Shown here: positions 44,664 through 52,218 of the stretch, in pieces
Layout of the letters: the number at the start of each line of letters is the position of its first letter
How positions within the stretch are numbered: position 1 is the stretch's first letter
IMG/VR virus record: IMGVR_UViG_3300025846_000001
Span: 1-52,218 of that record
Strand: one strand, 5' to 3'
DNA from: a virus
Taxonomy: Duplodnaviria; Caudoviricetes
Length of the DNA stretch: 52,218 nucleotides
Notes under the pieces: model-generated
What the model was told of the DNA's origin: nothing
What the model saw: the letters and a program-made list of their open reading frames with translations, nothing else
The model's database searches: none
Position numbers and translations under genes: made by a program

Positions 44664-46411
44664 TTGTAAAATTCTGGTTCTTCGTTTAGATTATTTGCCT
44701 CAAATTCTGACTTAATTACAGGGATCCCATTATCATCAATCACAATATTAAACCTATCAAATTCCATTGCGCCCCGGATATAATCACAATTAACTTCACT
44801 CTTTAATGAATCACTTGCATCCTTTGTAACTGAAATAATACATTCAGCTTTTTTCATTATTGAAGATCCCAAATGACCGGTTGCAAAATTGTCGTTCTTA
44901 TTTTGATGTAAAATTACACAAATATGAATATTATATACCTTTGTCCATTTCATCAAAAGAGATACAACCCGAGAGGCCTCTATTTCATCATTGATTGCCA
45001 TTGCCAAATCTGCTATTCCATCAATGACAATAAAACTAATTCCATAACTTCTCTTTTCAATAAATCGGTTAATTATATCACATCGTTCCAATGGTGTAAA
45101 TTCTCTCAGATCAAAAGAGCCAAAACGACTTTTATTTTTACCTGACATATCACAAACCCTCTTGGCCGAAATATAAGCATCGTAATTACTTTGCTCGGTG
45201 TCAAATAAAACCACACCCGGGCGACTGGAAGGTAAATCGGATTCTATTGTGTAATCTAATCGGCCTCCTTTTGTTGCACACGCCATAAATAAAGAAGCTA
45301 AAAATGTTTTCTTTGCTTTTGATTTTCCGATTATTGCGCTGAAGTTTCCTAATGTGAATACCCGAGTAAATATTTCACCAGTTCCATGATTAGCTTTTAT
45401 TCTCATAATTATCGGAGGCTTTGCAACCGGCACTTCGGTATCAATATAAGCCTTCCGTATTATTTCGTCTAACTGATCAACTGTTTTAACTTCTGCTTTT
45501 GGTTCTTCTTTTGGTATTTCTCTTTTTACATTATACCGTACGGCCAGTTCTTTTGCAAACCTGCTAAAGTCCCCATTATAGTCTAACATTGTAACAACCT
45601 GAAAAGCACTATAAGCATGATTATTTTCAAACGGATCTGCACTGGATGAAAAATTATAAAATATCCCGGGTGCAACTTTCCCCATAGTAGCGGAAATTCC
45701 TTTTTTCTTTCCGGGACGTAACCAATAACCCTCTCTTAACTCCGACCAGCCCGCACCCCTTAGAGACTTCTCCATTTCATTTTTTGACTCAGGAGAATGG
45801 TTAAATATATTACCGGGCAAATCTTTATTTTCTTCTTCTTTATGTTTTACTTCTGCAAAGGTATTGAATGACATACATCCAGAAAGTAATATTTCTCTTT
45901 CCTCAGGTGTTATATTGTTGATTTTAAAAACATCATTTCTGACAAATTGATAACCCGGTGTCGGGTCAATGCAGAAATAACCACCCTTCCCCCGCGTTTC
46001 AATAAGGACGTCCTTTTTGTACTTTTTTATATTTGCATCATATTTTGGACGACTGGCGAGTTTCTGATTACCTCCAACTATCGAACAGCGATAAAGCAAA
46101 TGAAAGCCTCCTGATGTAGTACTTTGAATCGGAAGTTTATATTTTGTATAAATATCTTTTACTTCCTCAATTTGAAGGAAATCTGAAAGCACTTGTTTTG
46201 CATCACCAAAATGGTTATCGAAATCAATACACTCCAAACCGCCAGAAGGTTGACCACAAATAACAGCAAGTCCAAAAGACTTTTCATATTCCGCTTCATT
46301 ATTCCAACCCATTAGCCAGCTTTCACCCTTTGGAATAGCAGGTAGTTTATCCTTTGCAGTTGGCAAACATGCAAGTCCTGATAATTTATATTTTCTAAAT
46401 GCGTTTAACAT
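44660..46411 (-). CDS. Bifunctional primase-polymerase fused to an AAA_25/RecA-like helicase
   Basis: CIDFD, TTSGGFHLLY, ETRG.GGY; P-loop GKSKAKKT, FDTEQ, IDGIAD, GHLGS. Confidence 0.85.
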   Translation of the reverse strand: MLNAFRKYKLSGLACLPTAKDKLPAIPKGESWLMGWNNEAEYEKSFGLAVICGQPSGGLECIDFDNHFGDAKQVLSDFLQIEEVKDIYTKYKLPIQSTTSGGFHLLYRCSIVGGNQKLASRPKYDANIKKYKKDVLIETRGKGGYFCIDPTPGYQFVRNDVFKINNITPEEREILLSGCMSFNTFAEVKHKEEENKDLPGNIFNHSPESKNEMEKSLRGAGWSELREGYWLRPGKKKGISATMGKVAPGIFYNFSSSADPFENNHAYSAFQVVTMLDYNGDFSRFAKELAVRYNVKREIPKEEPKAEVKTVDQLDEIIRKAYIDTEVPVAKPPIIMRIKANHGTGEIFTRVFTLGNFSAIIGKSKAKKTFLASLFMACATKGGRLDYTIESDLPSSRPGVVLFDTEQSNYDAYISAKRVCDMSGKNKSRFGSFDLREFTPLERCDIINRFIEKRSYGISFIVIDGIADLAMAINDEIEASRVVSLLMKWTKVYNIHICVILHQNKNDNFATGHLGSSIMKKAECIISVTKDASDSLKSEVNCDYIRGAMEFDRFNIVIDDNGIPVIKSEFEANNLNEEPEFYK

Positions 46412-47103
46412 TGGAGTGTTAATTCTTGTTTTGTGTAATAAACTTTATTTACAGTGATTGAATTTATTATAGTTGATTGCCAGTTTATATCCTTTGATCT
46501 TTTACTCTTTTTGAAATTCCATCCAGCTTCTGTTCCCCAAAAATTTACAAAACCTTTTTCAATTGAAAGTTTAACATTTATCCCCGGGTTTAATCTTTGT
46601 TGTGTTTTTAATAATTCTGGATTCTTCATAAATTTTTCATATCCCAGTTTACATTCGGACAAATAAACATCAAAATCAGATCGCCAATTAGTATTCTTAT
46701 CATTCTTTACTTCTTTAATAGTGGTTAGTTGTTGGTTAGTTGCTGGTTGATTGCTGGTTAGTTGTTGGTTAGTTTGCTGGTTGCTTCCATTTTTACAACC
46801 CTGATAAACTTCATAATTACAAACAGTTATAATACTAAATTTGCTGGTTGATTTGATGGTTATTTCTTTTGTAATTTCTAATTTTTTTAAACAAGTCCTT
46901 AAAGTTTGCTCACTTATTCCGGTTTTTTCATTCAATGATTTTCGACCTGTTACCATTTGCCCTCTTTTGATTTTTACCCCCCTCCATTCACTATCCATAT
47001 TATTTGCATTTAAAAGAAGATGAATGAAGAGATGAACCATTTCAGAAATATTATACCATTCCCATTCATCAAACTTCCGGTATAATTTAATCCAGGTCTC
47101 CAT
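46405..47103 (-). CDS. Phage replication initiator (replisome-organizer-like; start re-called at METWIK)
   Basis: WIKLYRK...W.WY, RGQ..T, HTH region, internal NQQ(L)T repeats. Confidence 0.8.
   Translation of the reverse strand: METWIKLYRKFDEWEWYNISEMVHLFIHLLLNANNMDSEWRGVKIKRGQMVTGRKSLNEKTGISEQTLRTCLKKLEITKEITIKSTSKFSIITVCNYEVYQGCKNGSNQQTNQQLTSNQPATNQQLTTIKEVKNDKNTNWRSDFDVYLSECKLGYEKFMKNPELLKTQQRLNPGINVKLSIEKGFVNFWGTEAGWNFKKSKRSKDINWQSTIINSITVNKVYYTKQELTLQC
46722..46785. repeat. Iteron-like direct repeats (tggttagttg / tgctggttg), probable origin
   Basis: About 5-6 short repeats inside the initiator gene, as in lambdoid origins. Confidence 0.6.
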
Positions 47104-47104
47104 A

Positions 47105-47256
47105 TTAAAAAGTAGCCCCGCTACCAAAAATAAAAACCACCAGCCCCGGGGAGAGTGACCTCCAGCTGATGGTATTATTCCCGATAACGGGGTATTTAAT
47201 TGTCGAGATTAAATCAAATTCATTCATGTCACTCTTAATTTGGTACCTCAAAGATA
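47105..47256 (-). promoter_or_regulatory. Promoter (TATCTTTG) plus pseudoknot leader L4 with a 40-codon uORF
   Basis: -7 at 47249-47256. Segment 47228-47235 is complementary to 47152-47159 in the loop of hairpin 47165-47173/47136-47144 (followed by Us); outer stem 47183-47192/47116-47125. Confidence 0.7.
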
Positions 47257-47305
47257 CATCTTTTATTTAATATCCTAATCATTTTTGATTTATTTTCTGA
47301 TCTGA

Positions 47306-47647
47306 TTAAAAATTATACTGTTCGTTTGTTTCTTTTGTCATTGCCCTAATAGGGATGCCCTCACCTTTACAGATTTCTATTTCTGCCCTCATGCCATGAC
47401 TAATACGATCGCCATATAATCTTAATTCAAATATAACGCCCTTTTTAAACCATGATACATCGTTTTTAATGCCCCTTTGCCGTTCTTCTGGTATATCATC
47501 ATTTAAACAATAACAATCAAAGAAATAGGGCGCAAAGGGTATTACGTCCGGTTCTGATAGATTTATCTCTCTGCCTATTTTTACAATCTTCTGGAGGTTG
47601 CCGGTAATGTCTCCACTTATCGGATGTGCAATATAAATTATTTTCAT
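47306..47647 (-). CDS. Nucleoside 2-deoxyribosyltransferase-like small protein
   Basis: IYIAHPISGD...P.AP...S.GM..EI. Confidence 0.6.
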   Translation of the reverse strand: MKIIYIAHPISGDITGNLQKIVKIGREINLSEPDVIPFAPYFFDCYCLNDDIPEERQRGIKNDVSWFKKGVIFELRLYGDRISHGMRAEIEICKGEGIPIRAMTKETNEQYNF

Positions 47648-47650
47648 ATT

Positions 47651-48304
47651 TTAAAAGTTAAGTTTCAACCGAAGTTTATAATTCTCAAATCTTTTATTAC
47701 CTGCATCGAAATATTCTTTATCCAATTCGCAACCAATAAAATCAAACCCGCCTTCATAACATGCAATGCGGCTGCTTTGGCTTCCCATGTGAGAATCGAA
47801 GATAGTGTCGCCGGGCTTTGCATAGTTCTTTAAAAGCCACTTGTAGAGCTGTACGGGCTTCTGAGTTGGCACAATTGTAATATCTTTCCTATTTGTATCT
47901 CCTTCAATATTTCCGTAATATTGATAATCAAAACAGAGTGCAGGTCTTTGAAATGAAGTCCAAATATATTCCCCATCTGCAAAATTAGGAACAGGATTTC
48001 TTTTATACCAAAAAACAAAACCTTGTGTAGGGGGTAAATTAAAGTAATTGCCTCCGCAAATAATTTGATTTTTAGATACTCTAAACAACTCATTAAAATA
48101 TGATTGATCTGGTGTTTTTGAATCCCATGTTTTCTTTCCGTTTTTCGTGTAGCGTTCTTTAACTTTTATTCCAGAAGATCCCCGCTCATAAGAACTAAAG
48201 CCGATGCCATATTCGGGGTCGCAAATAGCTAAATCAAACTGCTTATCTTTGCAGGTTGCCATGAATGTATTGCAGTCGATATTATATGTTTCTGATATTG
48301 GCAT
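47651..48304 (-). CDS. DNA N6-adenine/N4-cytosine methyltransferase (beta class; start re-called at MPISE)
   Basis: DLAICDPEY (DPPY variant), PTQKPVQLY, FDSHMGSQSS, GCELD. Confidence 0.85.
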   Translation of the reverse strand: MPISETYNIDCNTFMATCKDKQFDLAICDPEYGIGFSSYERGSSGIKVKERYTKNGKKTWDSKTPDQSYFNELFRVSKNQIICGGNYFNLPPTQGFVFWYKRNPVPNFADGEYIWTSFQRPALCFDYQYYGNIEGDTNRKDITIVPTQKPVQLYKWLLKNYAKPGDTIFDSHMGSQSSRIACYEGGFDFIGCELDKEYFDAGNKRFENYKLRLKLNF

Positions 48305-48672
48305 TATTTTAGTCTCCACGCGTAACAAAGCGCCCCGTATTTCCCTTTTCGCTGAACTTTCGGACGGCCGCTTAAACCATCACATTTCTCTAACTTGCCA
48401 AGAGATGTAAGATCAGAAAGAGAGCGCCCTATACTTGTCTCAGGGTTGTTTCGTATTCCTAAAACTTTCCACAGCTCAAATCGAGTATGGTTGTCAAACC
48501 GGTGTGCCTGGAAATACTTAAATATTTTGTCATTTAATTTTCCAGCCCGGAATTTACATCCTTTAAGATCTTCGCCGGATAGATTTGTGGTATTGTGAAA
48601 GCGTTCAATCATCGACCTGTCAAAAGGTCTTACTATTTCTGCTAACTGGTCGAATAAGGTTGGTTGTGTCAT
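48304..48672 (-). CDS. Winged-helix-like hypothetical protein
   Basis: TSIGRSLSDL...G.L pattern followed by a beta hairpin. Confidence 0.5.
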   Translation of the reverse strand: MTQPTLFDQLAEIVRPFDRSMIERFHNTTNLSGEDLKGCKFRAGKLNDKIFKYFQAHRFDNHTRFELWKVLGIRNNPETSIGRSLSDLTSLGKLEKCDGLSGRPKVQRKGKYGALCYAWRLK

Positions 48673-49073
48673 TGGTTTAGTTCTTTAATTTGCTGAGTAA
48701 AAGAAGTTATCATTTCAAGTAAATCTGATCGTCCCCATTTAACTTGAGTATGTCTCCTTAATTCTAATTCAGTTACTTTATTATAACCTATTTCATTTAT
48801 AAGTCTTTCACGAAATTCTATCGTATTACCGTGTAAGTGAACATTGCACCGATAGCACTGCGGGCGCGAATTATCAGAATGGAATGTTAATCCAGGATAA
48901 GCACCTCTGCTTAAATAATGTCCCAGCTGACAATTACAGGTCTTTAAAGTAAGTTCGTGATCACATGTATAGCATCTTAATTTACCTTCATTGTGAGCTT
49001 TAATCTTTACCAGTTCAGAGTAAAGATCGAGGGCTTTCTTCTTAAGTTTCGGAAGTGTCGGAGGTTTTTTCAT
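48669..49073 (-). CDS. ninG: NinG/Rap-family recombination endonuclease
   Basis: CYTC, GHYLSRG, N..PQC..CN, L...IG...V..LE. Confidence 0.85.
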   Translation of the reverse strand: MKKPPTLPKLKKKALDLYSELVKIKAHNEGKLRCYTCDHELTLKTCNCQLGHYLSRGAYPGLTFHSDNSRPQCYRCNVHLHGNTIEFRERLINEIGYNKVTELELRRHTQVKWGRSDLLEMITSFTQQIKELNQ

Positions 49074-49276
49074 CTTTCCCGTCTGCTTGTTTTACGCATG
49101 TAGCCTTTGAACTTTCCACGATGGGGAATATGGATAGGAGAACCACCTCCGACATATCCATTAGGCGACCCAGTATTACCACCGGAACCGCCATTTTTCA
49201 TAGCATTAAACCCGGCACTTAAAGCCAGTATCATTGTCATTAAGAATGACTTCTTTGATAGATTGTTTGTTTTCAT
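49070..49276 (-). CDS. Small Gly-rich basic protein
   Basis: 68 aa; coupled to ninG. Confidence 0.5.
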   Translation of the reverse strand: MKTNNLSKKSFLMTMILALSAGFNAMKNGGSGGNTGSPNGYVGGGSPIHIPHRGKFKGYMRKTSRRER

Positions 49277-49710
49277 TTGGTTATATAATAAGCATGTTTA
49301 AGAATTGTGATTACATTCATACTCTTTTTAAAGAGTCCTGTTTTTTTATAAAAATTAACCTCTAAGTGATTTACTACAATCAAAGCGTAATCATCACATG
49401 GCAGAACATAATGTCTTTTACCTCCACCTACCTTATTTATCTTGCTTATACTTGCCCTCTTATCAGCGTATTTTTTAGCAAACCACCAGTGACCATATCC
49501 TCTAAATACACGAGGCTGTGATTTAGTTGTTAAGTATAGAAAACATAGATTTTTAAACCAGTGCCAGATCATGTGTGATTGACCAGCGATCCATTGCCAT
49601 AATAGGCGTAATTTGTTTTTAATTTTAATCATCTCGTTAATTTTTCTTTTATCCAGTTCAGAATTTTCACAGGACGATCTTCTCTTAAATGGAACTTCCG
49701 TCTTATCCAT
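49273..49710 (-). CDS. Hypothetical protein
   Basis: ORF coupled to the downstream gene; start uncertain. Confidence 0.5.
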   Translation of the reverse strand: MDKTEVPFKRRSSCENSELDKRKINEMIKIKNKLRLLWQWIAGQSHMIWHWFKNLCFLYLTTKSQPRVFRGYGHWWFAKKYADKRASISKINKVGGGKRHYVLPCDDYALIVVNHLEVNFYKKTGLFKKSMNVITILKHAYYITK

Positions 49711-50070
49711 CTTCTAAATATCTTCCAGATTAGGCGTGTCATAGCGATATGAATATCTTGTTTATTATTTCAGTCAGATCACCGTTTTTAACCTCTTTAA
49801 GCGCATCGACTACTCTTTGATTGAATAGTATTATTATCTGGCTTGCTTTCATTTCTGCACACTCTGGCTCCATTTGGAAGCCTATTATTTCAATAATCTT
49901 TTCTTTCATATCTCGTCCTCCAAATCAGATACCTCTTCGTCTAATCCAAATATTGACTCGGGTGAACTCTCTTCAAGGTCTCTGTCATCGGTTGAAATTC
50001 TGCTTTCATTAAGTACAAAAGCACTTAAATCGTCATCGTCATAATTGTTAGTTTTCATAATAGTTTACTT

Positions 50071-50436
50071 TTAAGGTTGAAATCTCATTTGTTCCTTCTC
50101 ATAACTAAGGAGGGAACGTAAAGAATCAAGTTGATGCGTGCATGCCCTATTAATTCTATCAAGCCAATCCACCATAAAAGCCTCGTCCCCACAGATAGAA
50201 TCTAATAAGGCATTCTGCACGCTGGCCGATAAGCATTGTTCTTTAGCGATTGTAAGAATTGTTTTACTTATTTCGGTTGTTTTCTTTGCTCGTAGAATTT
50301 GCTTAGCCCGTGCAAACATCTCACCTGATCGTGACATATAAGCCATGAGAGTACCTATTCTATTGATAATCTCTGCCGGATCAGTAGATACAGTAATGTC
50401 AAGATATTCCTGTATTTTTTGAGCTTCTTCTTTCAT
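50071..50436 (-). CDS. Helical hypothetical protein (recombination module)
   Basis: 121 aa; ends QLDSLRSLLSYEK. Confidence 0.6.
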   Translation of the reverse strand: MKEEAQKIQEYLDITVSTDPAEIINRIGTLMAYMSRSGEMFARAKQILRAKKTTEISKTILTIAKEQCLSASVQNALLDSICGDEAFMVDWLDRINRACTHQLDSLRSLLSYEKEQMRFQP

Positions 50437-50897
50437 AACCTTACAGTTACTTTAGTCTTACCTGTTTTTGGAGGACGTGTTAAGAAGTTCCCATATACAG
50501 GGCAAACAGTTCCCTCCTCAGGAATTGATTTTAAATAGGTTTCACGAGCCTTAATCTTCTCTTTAAGGGTTTCTACTTCTTTAGTAAGATCAAGCCAAAT
50601 AGCATCGCCGGAATCGTTGTACAAATATTTCGTACCTACTTCCTGAACGGTGAATTTTATTCCCAGATGATCAAAGGTCTTTTCCTTGTACTTTTCAGCT
50701 TCAGTAAGAAAATGCTCTTCAATATCTTTATCGGTTAAAATATCTGCAAACACCTTTTCAATAAATTTCAACCTTTTGAGTATCTCTAAAGGGTCGCGGT
50801 CGTCTGCCAGAATCTCTGATTTAAGCATCCTGGTAAATTGTGCCACCTCCAGTTTTTCTGAAGGCAGCACGCTGATTGTTGATAATGCAGTTTCCAT
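50433..50897 (-). CDS. Hypothetical protein (recombination module)
   Basis: 154 aa; coupled to neighbours. Confidence 0.6.
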   Translation of the reverse strand: METALSTISVLPSEKLEVAQFTRMLKSEILADDRDPLEILKRLKFIEKVFADILTDKDIEEHFLTEAEKYKEKTFDHLGIKFTVQEVGTKYLYNDSGDAIWLDLTKEVETLKEKIKARETYLKSIPEEGTVCPVYGNFLTRPPKTGKTKVTVRL

Positions 50898-51634
50898 TAG
50901 AAGGGTAAATCTGAAAGTTCATCACTCTGATCTGCTTTTGACTTATTAACCAAGTCTTGTTTTGCGGAACCTTTTTGCCAATCCGGATTAGCAACAAACT
51001 CTTCGGTTGCTTCAGCTTTAGCAATTTCCTTTTCTGGTTGTTGGTTTTTATATTCATCCAAATAACCTTGAAGTATCTCATCCAATAAAATTGCTTCCTG
51101 TCTTATCTCATCAGTCATTTTAAAAGCCTTGAAAACAGGAACATTATAAACAGTATTCCCATTTGTTTCTTCTGTTAGATCAACAATTCCGACAACTGAA
51201 TTGTTTGTATTGAATTTCTTTTCAAGCCAGCCGGAAAATGAAGATCCTTTGAATTTAAAGTTTACCAGCTCATTTGTTCCATCTTTTTGAACAAGCAAAG
51301 CATAAACAGACTTTGTGTATTTGCCTCCAATAGCCTTTATAGAGTCTTTAACATCATTATAAAGTCCGATAATACTTTCCCCGCCTTTAAAGGTCTTGAC
51401 CCTTAAAATCTCTTTAACGGTTGAATGCACTTCATTTGAATACACACCGCAGTCATTTTTCTTATTGTAGCCGGAAATTGTTGAAAGCTCATCCAGTACT
51501 ACAAAATAAATAGGCATAGGAATTTCAATCTGAACTTCTTTTTCTTTATCATAATAGAAAAATTGTCCTTTGTCCCCTTTAAAGTCAATAAACTTCTTGC
51601 AGGGATTCTCTAATTTTGGTTTTGAAATACTCAT
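50897..51634 (-). CDS. Putative ssDNA-binding protein
   Basis: Beta-rich core and an acidic tail ending DLPF (SSB-type C-terminus). Confidence 0.6.
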   Translation of the reverse strand: MSISKPKLENPCKKFIDFKGDKGQFFYYDKEKEVQIEIPMPIYFVVLDELSTISGYNKKNDCGVYSNEVHSTVKEILRVKTFKGGESIIGLYNDVKDSIKAIGGKYTKSVYALLVQKDGTNELVNFKFKGSSFSGWLEKKFNTNNSVVGIVDLTEETNGNTVYNVPVFKAFKMTDEIRQEAILLDEILQGYLDEYKNQQPEKEIAKAEATEEFVANPDWQKGSAKQDLVNKSKADQSDELSDLPF

Positions 51635-51662
51635 TTTTTAAGGTTTAATTATTTAACATTTA

Positions 51663-51851
51663 ACATATCACTTTTATTCGGACATTATTATTAATATCCA
51701 TTTAACTTTATTTAAAGTTCTCAGGTCAAAAGATGCCCGCATTCGGTAACGGCTGAGTTTGAATCTTTATTCATGTCCGACCAAGTTGAGAAGTTGACTC
51801 AGAGCCTGGATTTTGTTATCTAACTCAGATCTTTATATCCTGCTTTGTTTT
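51663..51851 (-). ncRNA. Putative structured ncRNA, copy B (homologous to 2308-2495)
   Basis: Same conserved blocks as copy A; helices 51773-51780/51678-51685, CAGG..AAAGAU/AUCUUU..CCUG, CUGAGUU/AACUCAG. Confidence 0.75.
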
Positions 51852-51882
51852 GGATTACCCTATTTCGGGATGGGAAAAACTG

Positions 51883-52023
51883 TATCAAAAACCCTATGTC
51901 TGGCGTTACATGGGCTGTAAACGACTGCATCACTGCGGGCGGTTTTTCGCCAGAGCATAGAGCAATTTTTGATAAGTCTTTAATTTGTATCATTTACACC
52001 CATGTAAATCCAATACAAATATA
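51883..52023 (-). promoter_or_regulatory. Promoter (TATATTTG) plus pseudoknot leader L5
   Basis: -7 at 52016-52023. Segment 51990-52007 pairs (~18 bp, one bulge) with 51906-51924 in the loop of the long hairpin 51948-51974/51883-51905. Confidence 0.78.
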
Positions 52024-52091
52024 AACATTAATTCAATTCAAAGAACTTTTTTTGATATTTATTTTATTCTGATATTTTTCGGCTTAACAAG

Positions 52092-52218
52092 AGAAATAAA
52101 TTGTCTATGACCTTCAGTTCTTTTGACTTGCTCCCATCCAAGCTCTATAAGCAAGTCATTACCCCTCGACCATCCGCCCCACGAACCACATGCCCAATCA
52201 TGCCCCTTATACTCTACT
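52092..52218. repeat. Direct terminal overlap, identical to 1-127
   Basis: Exact copy of the first 127 nt. Confidence 0.97.

Noticed and set aside
5017-50949. The many + strand ORFs in the track (e.g. 5017-5295, 12788-13132, 22206-22736)
   Set aside because: Nearly all lie antisense to well-supported minus-strand genes, have shadow-like composition and show no motifs.
1-52218. tRNA genes, integrase/att sites, reverse transcriptase (DGR or retron), stop-codon reassignment
   Set aside because: No cloverleaf, recombinase or RT motifs were seen by eye, and genes are full length in the standard code. tRNAscan and HMM searches were not run, so weak cases could be missed.

Overview
The window is one complete, circular tailed-phage genome of 52,091 bp. 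Bases 1-127 repeat at 52092-52218, and an ORF reads through the junction. Essentially all real genes are on the minus strand. Several TTTG-N19-21-TAnnTTTG promoters and A-rich starts without Shine-Dalgarno sequences point to a Bacteroidota host. In transcription order (right to left) it carries: recombination/replication genes (SSB-like protein, NinG, DNA methyltransferase, initiator with iterons, primase-polymerase/helicase, RNase H, DnaA-C, PAPS-reductase family); many small early genes; a B12 radical SAM / GT25 / methyltransferase / GT11 cluster; terS, terL and portal; three GT2 genes; MuF, scaffold and major capsid; a siphovirus-type tail module; a GIY-YIG endonuclease; a GH16 protein; and lysis genes. 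No integrase, repressor, tRNA or CRISPR array was recognised. The top findings are: (1) a terminase intein whose endonuclease slot is double-coded, with an intact HNH/zinc-finger endonuclease in the -1 frame while the intein frame stays open; (2) two diverged copies of a ~190-nt multi-pseudoknot ncRNA with compensatory base changes; (3) five unrelated-sequence 5' leaders sharing one architecture, in which the transcript 5' end pairs into the loop of a terminator-like hairpin; (4) a Cys-rich virion with a membrane CxxC protein in the tail module; and (5) a glycan-building gene set around the packaging genes. All calls were made by eye, with no database searches.
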